A stretch of DNA of 64,000 bases from Hydrolagus affinis (taxonomy: Eukaryota): positions 1 through 64,000 of the forward strand of contig JAAILG010000428.1 of NCBI GenBank assembly GCA_012026655.1. Reading direction: 5' to 3'. The notes under the pieces are model-generated. The model did no database searches and was not told the origin of the DNA. It saw only the letters and a program-made list of their open reading frames with translations. The position numbers and the translations under genes were made by a program. This document shows positions 23,531 through 38,342 of the stretch, one piece after another; within the stretch, counting starts at the first letter, position 1; every line of letters starts with the position of its first letter.

Positions 23531-26500
23531 TTACATTTAAACAACATTTACAAATACAGGAACTAGCAGATAACAGTACAAGACTCTAAAATTGACTTAT
23601 TGTTTAACCTTTTATTGGGAATTGTGTTTAACTAAGATGCCAGTGACACTAGTTTCTAGGTTAGTGTAAAGGCGCCTAACTTGAAGAAACGCTAAACCAT
23701 CCATTAGTGAAGGATTCATGTGTGAATACATTCAAACTTACAGAGCTTGAACTAACATGTCGAACCTGTTCCTCTCGCTATCTGTTACTAAAATGAAAAA
23801 CACTTAGAGTCACCTGGAATGGAATGAGCTGGGTTTATCTTTGATCCAGTACTTTAGAGCATGATTGTGTGAGAAGAAAAAGATTGCAAAGATAGATATG
23901 AAACGTTCTCACCTGTTTCATATGTAATGTGCTTCTTATCACCAGTGAAGTGGAACAGTATTTTGCCAGACTGTTGTTTCCAAACACAGGTTTTAGTTCA
24001 CTCAGCAGTGTTGAAGTCAACGTTTTTTTGCTTGGCTTTTTTGCTGAAGATCAACTTCAGTTTTAAGTATGTTTGGTTACAAAAGTACGTCTTGTGTGAG
24101 ATCATATAGAGATGATCTGAGGAACGTTATTGACCAGGCGTCCTTCTACATATGACAGTCACTATACTTTTAAGGTATAGCTATGGGACGCGATGAGACA
24201 ACTTCCCCACTTGAAAGGTAATTATCAAGTGTAAGGATTACTATAATAAATATTGCGCCAACAACTTACTGGTGCATTGAAAAGCCTGGATTATGGTCAT
24301 TTTTGTTGATATTGAGATACTGGAATATATAATTGGTATATTTCACCCGCATATATACGGTCCACTTGCTTTACAGTATATTCTGTGAAGCGCTTAGTCA
24401 GGGTACAGCCCGAGAGAGAAAGAGAGAGAGAGGAATACAAATTTGATTTGAGGGAAGAGTTGGCATTATCAATCAAATTTAAAAATAATTTGCATTTTAT
24501 TTGAATTTTTGTTGATTTGCCAGAAACATAGTGAAGTTAACTTGCATTGATTAGTCCAGACAAATCTCTTGACATTGTCAGTGAGCTCTAATGACCTTGG
24601 CTTGAAAGCTTCTCTGAAAGGCAATGGGGAGATGATCTGATTCTTCTGATTATGTGCTGTTAACCTCTGGAAGCCTCCCTTTTCTTTCTGTTTATAGCAA
24701 CATCTCTTTCCTGCTCCCCTCTCCCTTGCTCGGTACCTGACTCTTGTAAAGCACTCCCAAGACAAGACCTTGCCCTAACTACATGAATGTAAAAATAAAT
24801 GTAAAAAATGTAATTCTGTTGTTGTTGTTGAATGGTGCTATATCAATTCAAGTCTTTTTTTACTTCCTGCTTCATCATAAAACCGCTAGCAAAAGTTGGC
24901 CAGTTTCACAACCCAACTACGGTTGGGTTAAGGTGGGTTCTAAAGTTCTGGCTCCCACTTTGCCTGCTCTGTATGAAAAACATGGCCAATATTCCTTTGC
25001 ACGCAGGGACAATCTACTTCCAGTAAATAATCTTCCTTCTTTTGAAGGTGAGTTTTTACTGCAGGTAAATCGGAGTCTAATGAAAGAAAATAGATGCCCT
25101 CTGTTTCCTAGTCAGGTGTTACAGTACAGCCGGTGAAAAAAATAGCACAACTATCTAGCCATCTGCTCTTGTGAAAGCACATTTTTCTTCTATCTGCAGG
25201 AGATGCAGTGAAGCATGCATTGTGCAAATCAGCAGATGTTGTTTGCTCAGTAAATAGCATTGAGTTTACTGAATGCCAGGCTCTCTGTGTTCCCAGCTGA
25301 CTTATTGACTACCTGTACTTTGTAAATAAAAACTCCTGATTATTAAAACTCTTTTTGTAAAATAAAAGTTGGTGAAACAGACTGCTGGACTTGTTACGGT
25401 ATCACAAACAATTGTCTTGCAAATCAGACAAAGACTTTCAGAGGAGGGGCTCACTTTTAAAAGCGGGAGCTGCTAATAGTTTGTTGCAATTCCTTTTGCA
25501 CATCAATCTGCTTGTGACTGGGACCTGAGGCCATGCAAGCATCACAAACCATTCAGAGCATTACAATTCTTTGGCAATTTGAAACTTAACAGCAAGCTGT
25601 TTACTCTTGAAGTTTAAAGGGAACATTGTTTTGTGAGAAAAAGATTTGTTTGAAGGTGAAAGTTTTTAGAAAAATACATTGAAATATCACGCAGGCTGCA
25701 GTGTGATCTTACTCACTGGTGGGAGGCAGTGGCGATTTGACTTGTTGGCACTTCAGATTCAGTTCTGGGTTACATTCCTGGTGCTATCATCCATCTTGTG
25801 AGGGCTCAAGCTTGTGCTTGCTGGATGTTGAACGACCAACCGCTGATTACCCTATGGGGGGTTGGAGGAGATAAGTGTGTGAATGTTGGGATGGTGGGGA
25901 GATAGCCAAACTATCTCCAAGGTGACCTGTTTGGCAAAGGAATGTTAGAGTTGAGTCAGCCCTCTCTCTCTCTCTGGCGGTCTCAGTAGTCCAGTTCCTG
26001 AGCCAGGCCGGTCCACATAATTCCAGGGCACTGCTGATGACAGCAGGACTTTTCAACACTGCAATAATCAACACATCACAGGCTGCAATTTTCACTCCAT
26101 GTGAATTCATAGGCTGGGAAGCCATTGGGAGCAGAGTCTCTTATTAGTCGGTTTCAATTTTTAAATGAGACTGTAGCATTACATCGGGAGTTTTGGCACT
26201 GGCTGGCAGCAAAAGATGAGCTGAACTGCATGTACATTGGAGGTTTAACACTTGAGGCATGGTAAAGAGTGCTGATGCGCCACTGCTCAGTTTGACGATT
26301 GTAGGCTGCTGTTCTCAGTTTATTATTGAAATGGACAGGTGATGCAGACAGATCATAATCTGAGGCTCCTGCAGGGTCCTTTTTATTCATTATGTAAAGG
26401 ATTTTCTTTGGAAGCTGACAGGAACCTGGCAAAGGCAGACATGCTGCAACAGAAAGTCTGTTATCTTCAGGACAATAGCTTTATGCCTGTGGATAGTTTT

Positions 26501-28807
26501 TTCCTGAGTTGGCTGAGGATCAATGGACCCTAACCTCTGGGACCACCTTGCTTTGCTTCTCTTGCTCATCTTCTCAATATCTGTCTTTAAGACCCACTGT
26601 AACTCTACTTCTTTGAACACCCCTATGGCCTTCTTCCCCCGACCTGATCAGCTTCTGATGCCATCCATGTACAGCCTTTATAAGACGAGAATGGCTCTAA
26701 TAATTTATAGTAATGCCTTTCACACGTCATTCTGCAATAGTTCACCTATACAAGGATCACAACATGTGAAGGGTTACAGAGAGCCAGGCAAGATCAATGC
26801 AGAGCTTTTATGTCTGATGATAAGTGAGGATTGTGGAAGAACATAAAGGGAAATGGATACATTTCTTTAGCTTTTGCTGAACTTTGCAGACATGATGTGG
26901 ACTCACTCTCTGCAATATCTTTCTGAACCCTGCAGAATCTGAGGCACAAACCATCTACTTCTGAGCACAGTACTCCCAGCTATTAAAAGCAGGTCATCTA
27001 GTGAAAGCCTTATTTACTGAACTGTGACAGCCTTTGTTGAACTGAGTGTAGCCAACAATCGGCAAATCGAGTGGAAGTTAAAGCATGGCTGAAACAAGCC
27101 ATTGATACCAACCGAACACAGGAGAGTGCATAAAGCTCTTTCAAAACCATTGCAGTGTGGGCTCATGATAATTCAGTGCTTCATAATGGAACCTTGTCCT
27201 GCTGATTGAATGGGCGGATAGTGGAGGCTTGACCCCTAGTTTAGGCAGGGCCAAGGCCTAATGAAGGCCATGCAAACAAACTAAAAAGGCTTTTGTTTGA
27301 GCAGAACCTCAAATGAAGTGCTTATATGTTTTTCTGAGTGAAAGACATTGCAACTCAGAACCTTGGATCCCCTGTGCGCCTAATTGAAGCAACTTAGCCA
27401 GGTCTTAAAAGTGAGCAGCGATTATGTGCAGAAAGAGTATGAAAAGCACAGAATTATGCGACTGATTTTTGAATGGATTTTTACCACCTGTGGTGCATTT
27501 TTGAAAGTTTAAGAGTGGTAGCCCTATTGCTGCAGTTATTTTGATGGTGGGATCCAAGTCTCGCATATCCCAGCCCCAAGGAAAGTGAAAGCAGCCAAAC
27601 TAACTACATGTTCCACCACATGAACTGTCACTGTACCAACAAGATCATTGTGATGGGTGCTGTTACTCATCAATTAACAGTGTCATCTTAGGGTTGCATT
27701 CTTCCAAATATTTAAACTCTCCAACTCAACTTGACAAAAGCTTTGATGGAGGAGTTAATGGGATGATATATAATTATATTATCAGTATTTTACTGCTCTT
27801 TAAAGTTTCCATAAATAGCCTTCACTTGTGTTATGAGCTGCAGAGACGGGATGTCAGCACAAAGCGAATCCCACATCGGATCGTTTACCAGGTACAATAT
27901 TACAATATAGCACAGCTCTGTTCACAAATCTTTATGCATACTGATGGTCTCATCCTCTCTGAGCACAAGCCTGGCCTTTTGTTATGGAAACTAACCGACA
28001 CTGAGAACTTTATTTAGGATTATCTGAAATTAAAAAAAGAGAACCTGAGAGCAGTTGGTGCTCTTATCTTTTCCTGACGATGATTTGCTTTATATCCCAT
28101 CCTACCCACTGATTTGTCCCGTCAACAATTAAATTTCTGAGCCTTTTTTATAGCAGTGAAGGTTGGAAAACATTTAGTTTGAAAGGGGAAAGGGGGAGCA
28201 TTTCAATCCAGTTGCAGGTGTGGAATGTGAAAGCATTTTGAGTGGCATCACACAGAAAAAGGCTCTTTTGTCTGCAAAAGATAAATGCCCACAGCAGAGG
28301 CTCTGGACCTAGTACCGCTGTGGTGAAATCACATTGTTTCTGTAGCAGCAACTTCATGACTCCGTGCAATTCATTGGATGTGAAATAGAGAGAATAAAAC
28401 CAATCAAATGGCACGACTGCAGCATTTTCTGTACTTTATTAGTAATTTGCTTGGAACTCAATTTGGGTTTGTAGCGAACTTGACTATTGGTTGATGACTA
28501 TTGCACGTTAGATAAATGATACCATTTGTGAACATTTGCAATACTACAGTATGTACAGATATAATCATGCTGTATTGGCACTACAAATGTCAATCCTTCA
28601 GTGTACAAGAATTAGCATCTGATCTCAAGAGTTCAGAAGATTTTGATTTGAGAGTATACACTTATGTTTCATGATGTCAGCTGAACCATGCTCAATTGAA
28701 TTGGAGCCTTATAACCACTATTAGCACTCCTGCTACACCCCAGTAATCTGTCTTTGATTGAATTGCTAGGACTTTTAAGAGTTGGTTTAACAGTGTGCAG
28801 CATAGGA

Positions 28808-29354
28808 CAGTAAAAGCCTGTTTATCCGTGACCCGATCAATCATAACTTCCATATAACCGGCTCCTCAAAAAAGAGGTCCCCATTTGATTAATCGAGTCT
28901 TGTGCGGCACAATCACATTTTTTTCTCTGTCAATATTTCGGTATGCTGCTACTAGTGCCTGAAGGTGGCGATGCTGTTTTTTTCCCTCACAACAAGCACA
29001 GTACGATTACTTTTGAATGCTGCGGTAAGGTGGGAGAAAGAGAGGGAAAGAGGGGGCAGGAGAGAGAGGTGGGGGAGAGAGAGGGTGGGGGAGTTAACTA
29101 ATTTAGATGGAAAATGAGAGGAGTAGAGGAGGGTTGTGCTGTGTTTATAGACTGTAATTGATATTTATTGCTTTATTGGTAAGTATCCATACAATATCTT
29201 ATTATTTAGTCTATTATTAATATGGTATGTTTAAAAAAATTAATTGATTAAAATTTGTATTTTTTTTGTGTTGGGTTATCGGCCGAATATCCGACATTCA
29301 CTTTAACTGGCATTGACCTGGTCCCAAGGGTGTCGGATAAATGGGATTTTACTG
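28808..29354. mobile_element. Tigger-like MITE (547 bp)
   Basis: CAGTAAAAGCCTGTTTATCCG ... CGGATAAATGGGATTTTACTG|TA, an 18/21 inverted match. The left flank reads GA. Confidence 0.8.
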
Positions 29355-30198
29355 TAGTAGTTTGCAACACACAAAGTGAATTGGTCTCTTGCCCATGAAC
29401 ACTAAACTGCAGAAGATTATTTCAGAAGAAAATCGATGGACAAACGAAACCGTTGTGAGCTTGATACCAGGTCTTTGGTCTTCCTGTTTCCTTTATTGCC
29501 AATGACATTGTAAAATAATTTTTTTTTGAAGTGGGTGGGGACTTAAAAACCAAGAAACCCACTGGTTAATCTGACTTTAAATTCAACGTCAGAGTGTGGA
29601 AATGATCGTACAGGGCACAAGGGTATTCTCACTGCACTTTGAAGAGTTCAATGCTGTACTGCTTTATACTTCTGGAGAATTTTGATCCTTAATTCCCTCA
29701 AGATAAAATGTGATAAAAGATTAAGAAAGAGGCATAATAACAACATGATGCTTGATTCAAAGATATCTGAGCAGAAAATTAGAATAGGTTTTTGTTTGAT
29801 GCGTGTAAAGTAGTGTGGCTGAAAACAGACTGAAACGTTTGGAAGTGTGGAATAAATGTTTCATCAGTAAAAATAATACATTCATTCTTGGAAATGAAGA
29901 AGATCCAAAACATCACTTTTTTAAGAGTTGTATTTGTTGCTACTTGTTCTTTTTAAGTGCTTTTTGTCTAATTGTATACATCAAAGGCGTACAGATCAAG
30001 TCCATGATTTTACTACGAGACATGATATTGGTGATGTGGGGAGTTTGCCATGTTAGTGACTGCAGTCACTGCCTTTAATTGAGTTATTTGCATTGCATAT
30101 TACCTCCACTATGTTGCCAATCAGGTTACCTCCAGTGTGTCACAACAGGTTGCTTTTTGTGTCCCACATTTTGAAACATGCAATTGATAAATACATTC

Positions 30199-31308
30199 AA
30201 TAACAATAATAATCCTTGCGTTTGATATAACACTTTTCATGTGTTCTAGACATCTCAAAGCACTTCACAGAATACACAAGTATCTCTCCCCAACTGGTTC
30301 CTGTAAACCTCCGTAGTTGGTAAAACCGTGGTTGGAAAATACAGGGCCCTATGGGAAACATGAGGATAGAGGGAGTACGTTTGCTTTATCGTGGTTGGAA
30401 AATGAAAGGCCCTATGGGAAACATGGGGAGTTCGCATTTCGTAGAACTAAACACAAAAAACCCCACATAAAGTTATAATATACATGGGGATAGGGGTAGT
30501 AAGTTTGGGCACATGTGCAGCAATCCGTGAGGCTATCTGACTGACTGATCTACACACAGACAGTGAAGAAAGAGAGAGAGAAGGTGAGAGAGAGAAGGGG
30601 GGATGGGGGAAGAGGGGCTGAAGAGAAGGTGAAATAGAGAGAAGGTGAGCGAGAGAGCTTTCTAAAGTCCGAGATGCACTCACAGAGAGAGACAGATAGA
30701 GAGATCACTTTTCAGTCTGAGATACAGAGAGAGAGACTTCTGTAGCCTGTGATAGACTTACACAGAGAGAGAGATCTGCAGATCTTGGCAGCCAATGCTC
30801 CCAAACTTACTAGCTAGGCTGCGGAGAAGCCACAATAAATTCATGTTACTGTATTTACCTTAATCCTAAAAGAGAAGCGTTGTCGCTGGTTGATTGCAAC
30901 ATCGCAACTGGGTTCTAGCACTATACACTAGCACAAAGCGACATCGAGGCTGGTTGATGCAACTGGATCCTAGCGCTAAACGCTAGTGTTAGTGTTAAAA
31001 TCCATGGATAAGCAAGGGTTATAAGCCATGGTTTGCAAGGGTTGTTGCATTTAGCAAACCGTGGATGCGTGAGTTTCGCGGTTGACAAGGCCGTGGTTGG
31101 GGCGGGGTACCTGTACTGTAAAGTGAATTAACTGTATATTTGTGGGTGAAATGCGGCAATCAATTGTGCACAGCTTTGTCCTACAAACAGTCATGGATTC
31201 AGTGACCAAATTATTTTTTTTGTAGGGATTATTATTAGGCGTGTGGATTAAGGAAATTTGCCCACTCTTGCAATGCGAGTGCTCTTAACCACTGATCTAC
31301 AGGGCACC
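30199..31308 (-). mobile_element. tRNA/L2-tail SINE split by a MITE (SINE parts 30199-30276 and 31114-31308)
   Basis: Removing 30277-31113 and one TA copy restores CTTCACAGAATA-TA-CTGTAAAGTGAATT. The tRNA-head remnant is GAGTGCTCTTAACCACTGATCTACAGGG. Confidence 0.88.
30277..31113. mobile_element. Tc1/mariner-type MITE (837 bp)
   Basis: CAAGTATCTCTCCCCAAC ... GTTGGGGCGGGGTACCTG|TA, a 14/18 inverted match. There is an internal duplicated GTGGTTGGAAAAT..GGCCCTATGGGAAACATG and a GA-rich middle. Confidence 0.82.
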
Positions 31309-32619
31309 ACATTCAAGGTGAAAAAGGGAGTAAAAATTAAAATCTGGTTGATCTTTATTCTGATGGAATTGTTTGATTCCTGCATAAAAAGTATTTTGTT
31401 AGAATGATAGCATGTCTTCAGTCTGGAATTTTCCCTGGAACAGTCAGTTTTTCATTGAACATTAACCAGGATTTATTTTTATGAATGGTATTCTGTTTGA
31501 GGCATTCTCAACCTTGGGACTCGCTTCTGTAGAGTTTGTAGGCAGAAAGCCAGATGTGCGGAGATTTTGATCATCATGTAACCATGGAAATGCAGAAGGC
31601 AGACTTATACAGCAGCAGAAAGTAAAGCCAATGTTCCTCCTGTTTATTGTGTTTAAAATAATAGGGATTGCAGAATGTGACCTAGACACACAACTATATG
31701 GAAACCGATAAAAAGGAATGACTGATGTTGCACAGGGCTTATGCAGAGATACAACACAGACATTGGAGAGAACTGCTGACAGTTGCGTAAGAAACACTTG
31801 AGAAATACTTTCCAAATGTCAGCATTTCTGACGTTGTTCGTAAAATGTACTACGTCCCCGTCGTCGTCCCCTGTTCGTCCCCCCCCACCACCACCACCCT
31901 ATCAGGTGCACAGTCATTGTTTCACCAGCATTGCTTAACACTCAGCCGTGTACTTTGGGATACGTCGGTGCAGGCAAATTTAACAGCCTGTTTGCAGGGT
32001 AGGGGGAAAGTCATATGGTTGGTTTGAATCAATTAGGAATAAAATGTTGTGAAATAATTTGGGAAACACAGAGTTGATACTGATACTGCAGATTCAAGGA
32101 CCATTGGGAGACCTTCACTCAATACACCAAGCCATTTTCAGCTCTTAGTTTTTTGCTTAAATCCAATTTTGACTGTAAATACCATTTGCTTGTGTGAACC
32201 GGTCTTGTGATGGCCCTGCTGTTTCCAAGCCGTGCCCCCATATAGAATAGAGTTCTGCTGTTTGTTGATAAACATATAATCTCAGCATAATATGGTATTC
32301 CTGCAACAGCAAAGTGGGCTCAGCTTGAACAAGCCTGTTGGAACTGGCCCCAGTATCCAACACACAAACATACATCGATTTTCACTGCCTACTTCAGTGG
32401 GTCCTGTGGGTATTTCTCTTTTTCATCTTCAAGTTCTATGCATTGAAAATGTTATTAGATCCATGCTGGTATCTCAAACTGGTGAACACCTGTCACTGGT
32501 TGCTGGAATTCTGGCTTAATTCCTTATTCATGCAACTTCAGGGGGAAAACAAAATTCTCTCCATATTTGGAAATTAGAAATGTTTTGCTTTTTTGGTGAA
32601 TTTACTGTTTTGTGGAAGA

Positions 32620-32802
32620 AACTTGGCAGCCAATTGCGCACAACAATGTCCCACAAACAGTCGAAGATAGAAGTGACCAAGTTTTATTATTGTATTTTTC
32701 TTGAGGGATTACTATCAGTCATGTGGAGTAAGGAAATGTGCCCAAGGTTTAGCCGTGCTGGGAATCAAACCAGTGTCTCCTGTTTGCAAGGCAAGTGCTC
32801 TA
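32620..32802 (-). mobile_element. 5'/central part of the tRNA/L2-tail SINE
   Basis: GGCAGCCAATTGCGCACAACAATGTCCCACAAACAG..GGAGTAAGGAAATGTGCCCAAGGTTT..GGGAATCAAACC..GCAAGGCAAGTGCTCTA. Confidence 0.85.
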
Positions 32803-35024
32803 GGGGCTGGGGGAGGAAATTAAAAACTACACTTGACTGAATAGCTGAACTTCTGCACCCTTTTCACAATCATCAATACTGAATTAGTTACTTTCAGATT
32901 CAGCTCTACATATTTGGTGTGATTTGACAGACCAGCTGTTAAATACTTACGATCTAAATAAATGAATAAATAACCTTCAGAATTAAAAAAAAATGTCCTT
33001 TTTGGATTTATTGCAGCGTAAATGAGAGGCTGCATATTTTAATTCTATTAGGTATTTCAGTCATTGTTTGAAAACTGCATCCGTAATTTTTCCATGGAAT
33101 ACGTTACAAACGGCCTCCTCCACCACAGACACTCCCCTCCGCTAAAATCCTGCAAAAGCACAGCATGCTCAGGGCCACTGCCCATTGCTGCTGACACCGC
33201 TACTGTGGGCGGAGTGGTCCCGAGCATTAATTTTTTTCTCAACTATCTAACATGTATTATTTCTTCCAAGTTTAGTTTTTATTAAAAATGAAAAAAATAT
33301 AGGTTGGTAATGACATGTATCTTTCAATAGCACACACACCACTGCAATTTTCCACTAGCCTGGCAATATTACCTGAAATTTTGGGCAAATATTTCCACAG
33401 TTTTCTATCGGCTTTGTTCATAAGCCTTTAAAAGTGACAATGATTAAGCTGAGGGAAAGCATTTTCCAAATAGAAATATAATGTGTATTTACAAACTGAA
33501 GAGTCTTTGAGGCTGTAATGTTCTATAATTGTTTTATTTTTTCAGCAGATAGGACAAGCCAAAAAAGATAGTATTATAAAGCCAGCAGCTTTGAAGTTGT
33601 TGGCTTTGTAGCACTCGACCCTGGGAACCTGAAGCTTGTGCTTTGTGTAGTGAGTGCTACCTCTTGCCCTTGCCCTTTCTCTCAGCTGGATACAGAGTGG
33701 TACTCCCAGAAACCAGTGTTCACATCCTCATCTTTGGAGAGGAACATGAGGGTGGGGGTGGTCTGAACAGCAGGTAAAGAGAAAAAAAAACACAGCAACA
33801 TATACTGTAGATGCAGTTTTCTGAAATGGTCGGTTATCTTACGTCACATTGGATACAACGGGAATAACTACTTTGTGCCATTCTGTAATTTATTGATATT
33901 GTAGAATTTTATCCAGTGTACACTGCAGGGAGGTTTCCACTACTTGGAGGTGATGAGAGATGCAAGGTTTTATTTGCACGATTGTTTTCAAGGTACATTT
34001 CAAGACTGTCAACTTCTGATCACCACACCCAGGACAGGGATGTGAAAATTATATCTCTTGACTCTCTCAGTGTTAGGAACTATTCACCCAGCACCACCAC
34101 AGCCTGTATTTAGATTGCTGTTTTGGCAGCAGTAAAGGGTTTGGTCAATACCCATCTCTTGTGGTGGGTTAATGAAGGAAGGATGCTGCACTACCTAAGT
34201 TACCTGACAGCCCTACTCCAAATGGTTAGGGTTCAAACAACAGCTATGCTGCAAAGTAAATACAACCTTTAGCCTACGATGTGCAGCAGGATTTTTCTTC
34301 TCTCACAAATTGGAGAACTCCTTTTAATGTGCTGCATTTTATGGTGCAATGTAAATCATATGACTATAACTCTAGGAGGCATCAAAAACAGCAGAGACAC
34401 ATGAACAAGAGGGGCTAAACCTTGGGTTGGCTTCAGTTGGGTTGGAAAAGAGTTGCTTTTTTGTTCATTCCTGCACCTTCTAGTGGACAAACCAAGATGT
34501 TGCATTGAGGTTACTTGTTGAAAAAAAACACTGCCATCATCACCACATATGGGGTGTTGGGGTATTCACCTGATAGAAGAGAACACTGACTGAATTAAGA
34601 TGTTAACTGTCATTTGCAGCGTTTTCTACAGCATATACTAGAATTGCAGTACCCCCTCGTAGGACATCAGCCGAGATACACAACTTTGTGCAGACATGAT
34701 GCAACTTCTCAAAGTTGCTGCTTTTAGTGCTACGTGTCAAAATGCAATTTCATGCTGCTCGCTGCAATGGCTGTTAGTGTGGTGCCATCAAATGGAGCCA
34801 GTGGCTGTCTACAAAAGCCTTGCAGCTTAATCAGCTTGTACTGTTGCTGCTGCTCTTGCTCTTAATTGGTCCTGGGAGAACCTTTCCCATTTGAGTTAAG
34901 TGTGATTTGCTCCTGCCATCTCCAGAGACTCCAATCTTGGCTGAGAGATCTACTCAATCATGTCCTTAGTTCACTTCTTCTCTCTTTCTATTTGACTCTT
35001 GCTAAATCTTTTTGACCATGCATG

Positions 35025-35043
35025 TCTCTCTCTCTCTCTCTCT
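35025..35043. repeat. (CT)n microsatellite within a pyrimidine-rich tract
   Basis: Direct reading of the sequence. Confidence 0.85.
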
Positions 35044-36463
35044 GGGTTTCTCATACTCTTGTATTCTCTCTTTCTCAATGTTTCTTCCCTGTCTCTCTTC
35101 AGTGTTTCTCTCTTTCTCTGACTCTTCTATTTTTGCTTAACTCTTGCTGAATCTTATTGCATTGCATTTTGAACACCTCTAGTGTTGAAATGTTTGCCCT
35201 TGAGTTGCTATATAAATCATTAATTGAACACTGTATGAAGCATCCAACAAATGGGACAGCTTGTGATATTAAATAAAATCCCCAATACACTAACTCTGCT
35301 AGTAAAGGCGTTTAATTATGTTTGAGTAATCTCAGTGTTTTTTTTTGCCTTTAATATTGTACTTTGGTTGCAGATAAATCCTCATATTTATGAGTGTCCC
35401 CCCTTAATTTGTATACTATTTTGCATTTACCACGGCTAGCCCTATTTTCTTCCCTTACTTTAATGTTATAGTCTGGGTTTACGATTTCCTTACTATTTAA
35501 TATTTAATGCAATTCAACGAGGCATCCTCTCTCTCACTGCCTATTTTTCAGACTTTATTAAGTTTTTCTAATCTTCTCCTTTACGCTTGGGAAAAATCTT
35601 TTTACTCTTCTCTGTATGTTTTCCAGATGCAAGTAGCTGCTTAAAAGTCCCTGAAGCGGCATTGATGATCTCCTCTTGACTGTCACAATCACATCTGTAA
35701 ATGTTTGCATTGTATCATGTACTGATGAAGCAAGCTACATCTGGGCAGAACCTCTTTACTGTTTCTCTCAGACATTGTTTCTCTGAGTTATATGCAATAA
35801 CAGGCTCTTGAAGGATAGATATAGGAGTTTGAAAAGGTTGAGTTGAGATTATTCCTCCAGCTATGAAATTTACATCTGTGCTTCTCAATGTCATGTGCTC
35901 GCTCAACAGCAAGTGGTGTGAGAATAGAAACCCAGGATTCGAATCAGGCAGTAAATCGAGAGATCGGATTCATGAGGGTCACCTTTGATTTCATTTCTGA
36001 CAATGTAAACTGAGCGCCAACAGCAAAAGATGATTTGATTTTAAAAATAAAAATATTAAAATTTCTGCAATGGCATAAAAGAAAAAAAATGTAACAGCTT
36101 GTCCAGCAAAGGTGCTATAAATAGCATTGTCCTGTACTGATTTATTTTATTATCCAGTCGGTTCTTGCCATTAGAGAATCTCCTTCCATCTGTGCTCTCA
36201 ATAACAACTCCTGGAGAGTGCTTTAACCTGTTCTATCAGTTAGTCCCTCAGCAGCAGTCATGTATGGATATCTGTCCATGGTAATGAGCAAAGCAGTGAA
36301 TAGGTTAATCTACGGCTTTGTGCAATGTACTAATTGCTTTCAGTTACTTTTCATTGGGTCGTTTTCTACACATTCCATGTGGTTTGGACACAAATGTTCC
36401 AATCTTTCCCCTTGTCTTGCCACTCAGTACAGAAATAAGAAACATTGTATGTTAACCTATTTT

Positions 36464-36775
36464 ACAACAACAACAAAATTATACTTGTACAGTGCCTTTC
36501 ACGTCGGGAGGATGTCGCAAGGCGCTGGACAATCATTGTTTCAGACCTGAGCTGGGGTCGGGGATGGGGAGGGTGGAGGGAAAAGGGGGGATTTGGGTTG
36601 AAAGATGGGGCTGTTGAAGAGGAGGGCCTTGAGGCAGAACTTAAAGGAGGCCAGGGAAGGGCCGAGGCAGAGGTTTTGCGGGATGGAATTCCAGGGTTTG
36701 GGGGAAGAGTGGCTGAAGGCTCGTCTGCTAATGGTGGGGCGGGTGGTCGGGGGACCTGGAGCTGCCCGGAGCCTG
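36464..36775 (-). mobile_element. L2 3' fragment
   Basis: (AAC)nAAAATTATACTTGTACAGTGCCTTTCACGTCGGGAGGATGTCGCAAGGCGCTGGACAATC..GTGGCTGAAGGC is the reverse complement of the 7440-7700 type. Confidence 0.88.
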
Positions 36776-38342
36776 CTGAGATAGGCTTTTAAGTTGTCCT
36801 TCGCTTTTTCTAACTATGTGAATATTTACTGGAAAATGATTCTCCATTGAAATTGTTAAATTGGTTGAACGTCAAGCTGACAGACATGTGATTTGAGTGA
36901 TGGAGAGAGAGAGAGCACATATCTGAAGTGTAAAGACTTCTCACCTGAAAAGTGCAAGGAAATTACAATAGTGTATTGCTTGCAAGGCAAGACCCGGAGT
37001 CTTTTCATGCAGATGAAAATATAGTTTAAGAACAAGAGTTAGAAACTAAAACGTCAGTTTAGTAATTTAGCGACCACACACAGTAACATTCCATATAAAA
37101 TTATTTAACAGTCATTTAAAGGAAAGCTTACCCATTTCAATAACAATAATGCATTTTTTCATTGTGGTGGTGCTCTGACATGCCACATTCTGATATAGCA
37201 TTATATCTGATACAACATGCATTGTTAGTGTCTTAATACGAGATAATAAACACTCAACTGCAACATTTTGCACCATGCCACATCCGCAATGACAAGGAAC
37301 TGTACAAAACACACTATCGCTAGATCAGAATATGTATCACTAGCCACCAGCATTCAAATCCTCACTGTTACACAAATTGAGAAAATTCAGGAATCAACAC
37401 AGGCTTGTTGATACAGATTTGCTCTATTATATTTTCCAGAATGGTAGTTGATTCATCCATTATCTTTGAACTCTTTGGGCAGAATGTTGTTTAAAGCAGT
37501 CAATTGCATGGAAAGGATGAAGGTTTTTTTTTGACAAAAAGTAGATTCTGACAGAAATTGTCAATTTTTTTTTAAAAAAGGTTCATTTATAGGTTGTCTT
37601 ATTCCTCGTATCTGCTCAGAATGTGGCATATTACTAGGTGTAACAATTGCAGTGTGCCCCAAATTTGACAGTTGTGATTGGGACTTGTTTCAAAATTAAA
37701 ACAGTCACTTCTTGAGAACAAACATTTTGGCAATGGCAGTAATCCTGTAAGTACTGGTAAGTAGTCATTAAGGATGGCCTTTCACCTCATGTCAGTCTGA
37801 TAGTCATCTCCACTCTGCAGAGGTCCTTCTGCCAGTGAACTGTCGCCTCAGGACACAGTGAGGTGACAGTGATGCTAATAAAAAGAGTGTTGCTTACGTG
37901 TGCACTGAGTTTTGGACTTAAGTCTCAACAGAGTTGATGAGATAAGCTGTGACTTCCTGTGGCAGTGACTGATACTATTCGGAGGGATCTGAAGATCCAT
38001 GATCCTGCTCTTACGCTAAAAAGTAACCTGAACAAGCGCATGTCTTCCCAAAACAAACTTCCTTGTCTCTAACACTAGTGTCTGCAGAATTCTTCACGCT
38101 GGTTCCAGACCAGCTTTGAATAAAGTTTTAAGATTTAAAAAATATTTTTCTGTTTTTTTCCCCTTCAGTTCTCTGGGTGCTTGTCTCATCCCAGTCCCTG
38201 GTTTCAATGACTGTTATTTATGTGTTAGCCTTCACTCTGTTGCAAATCCAATCTTATACACCTTCCCGTCAGGCTTGCTGGAAAGAAACTCAAGAGTGAA
38301 AAAGTAGGAGTAGGAACCCAGACTCAGTCATCTTCTTAATTC

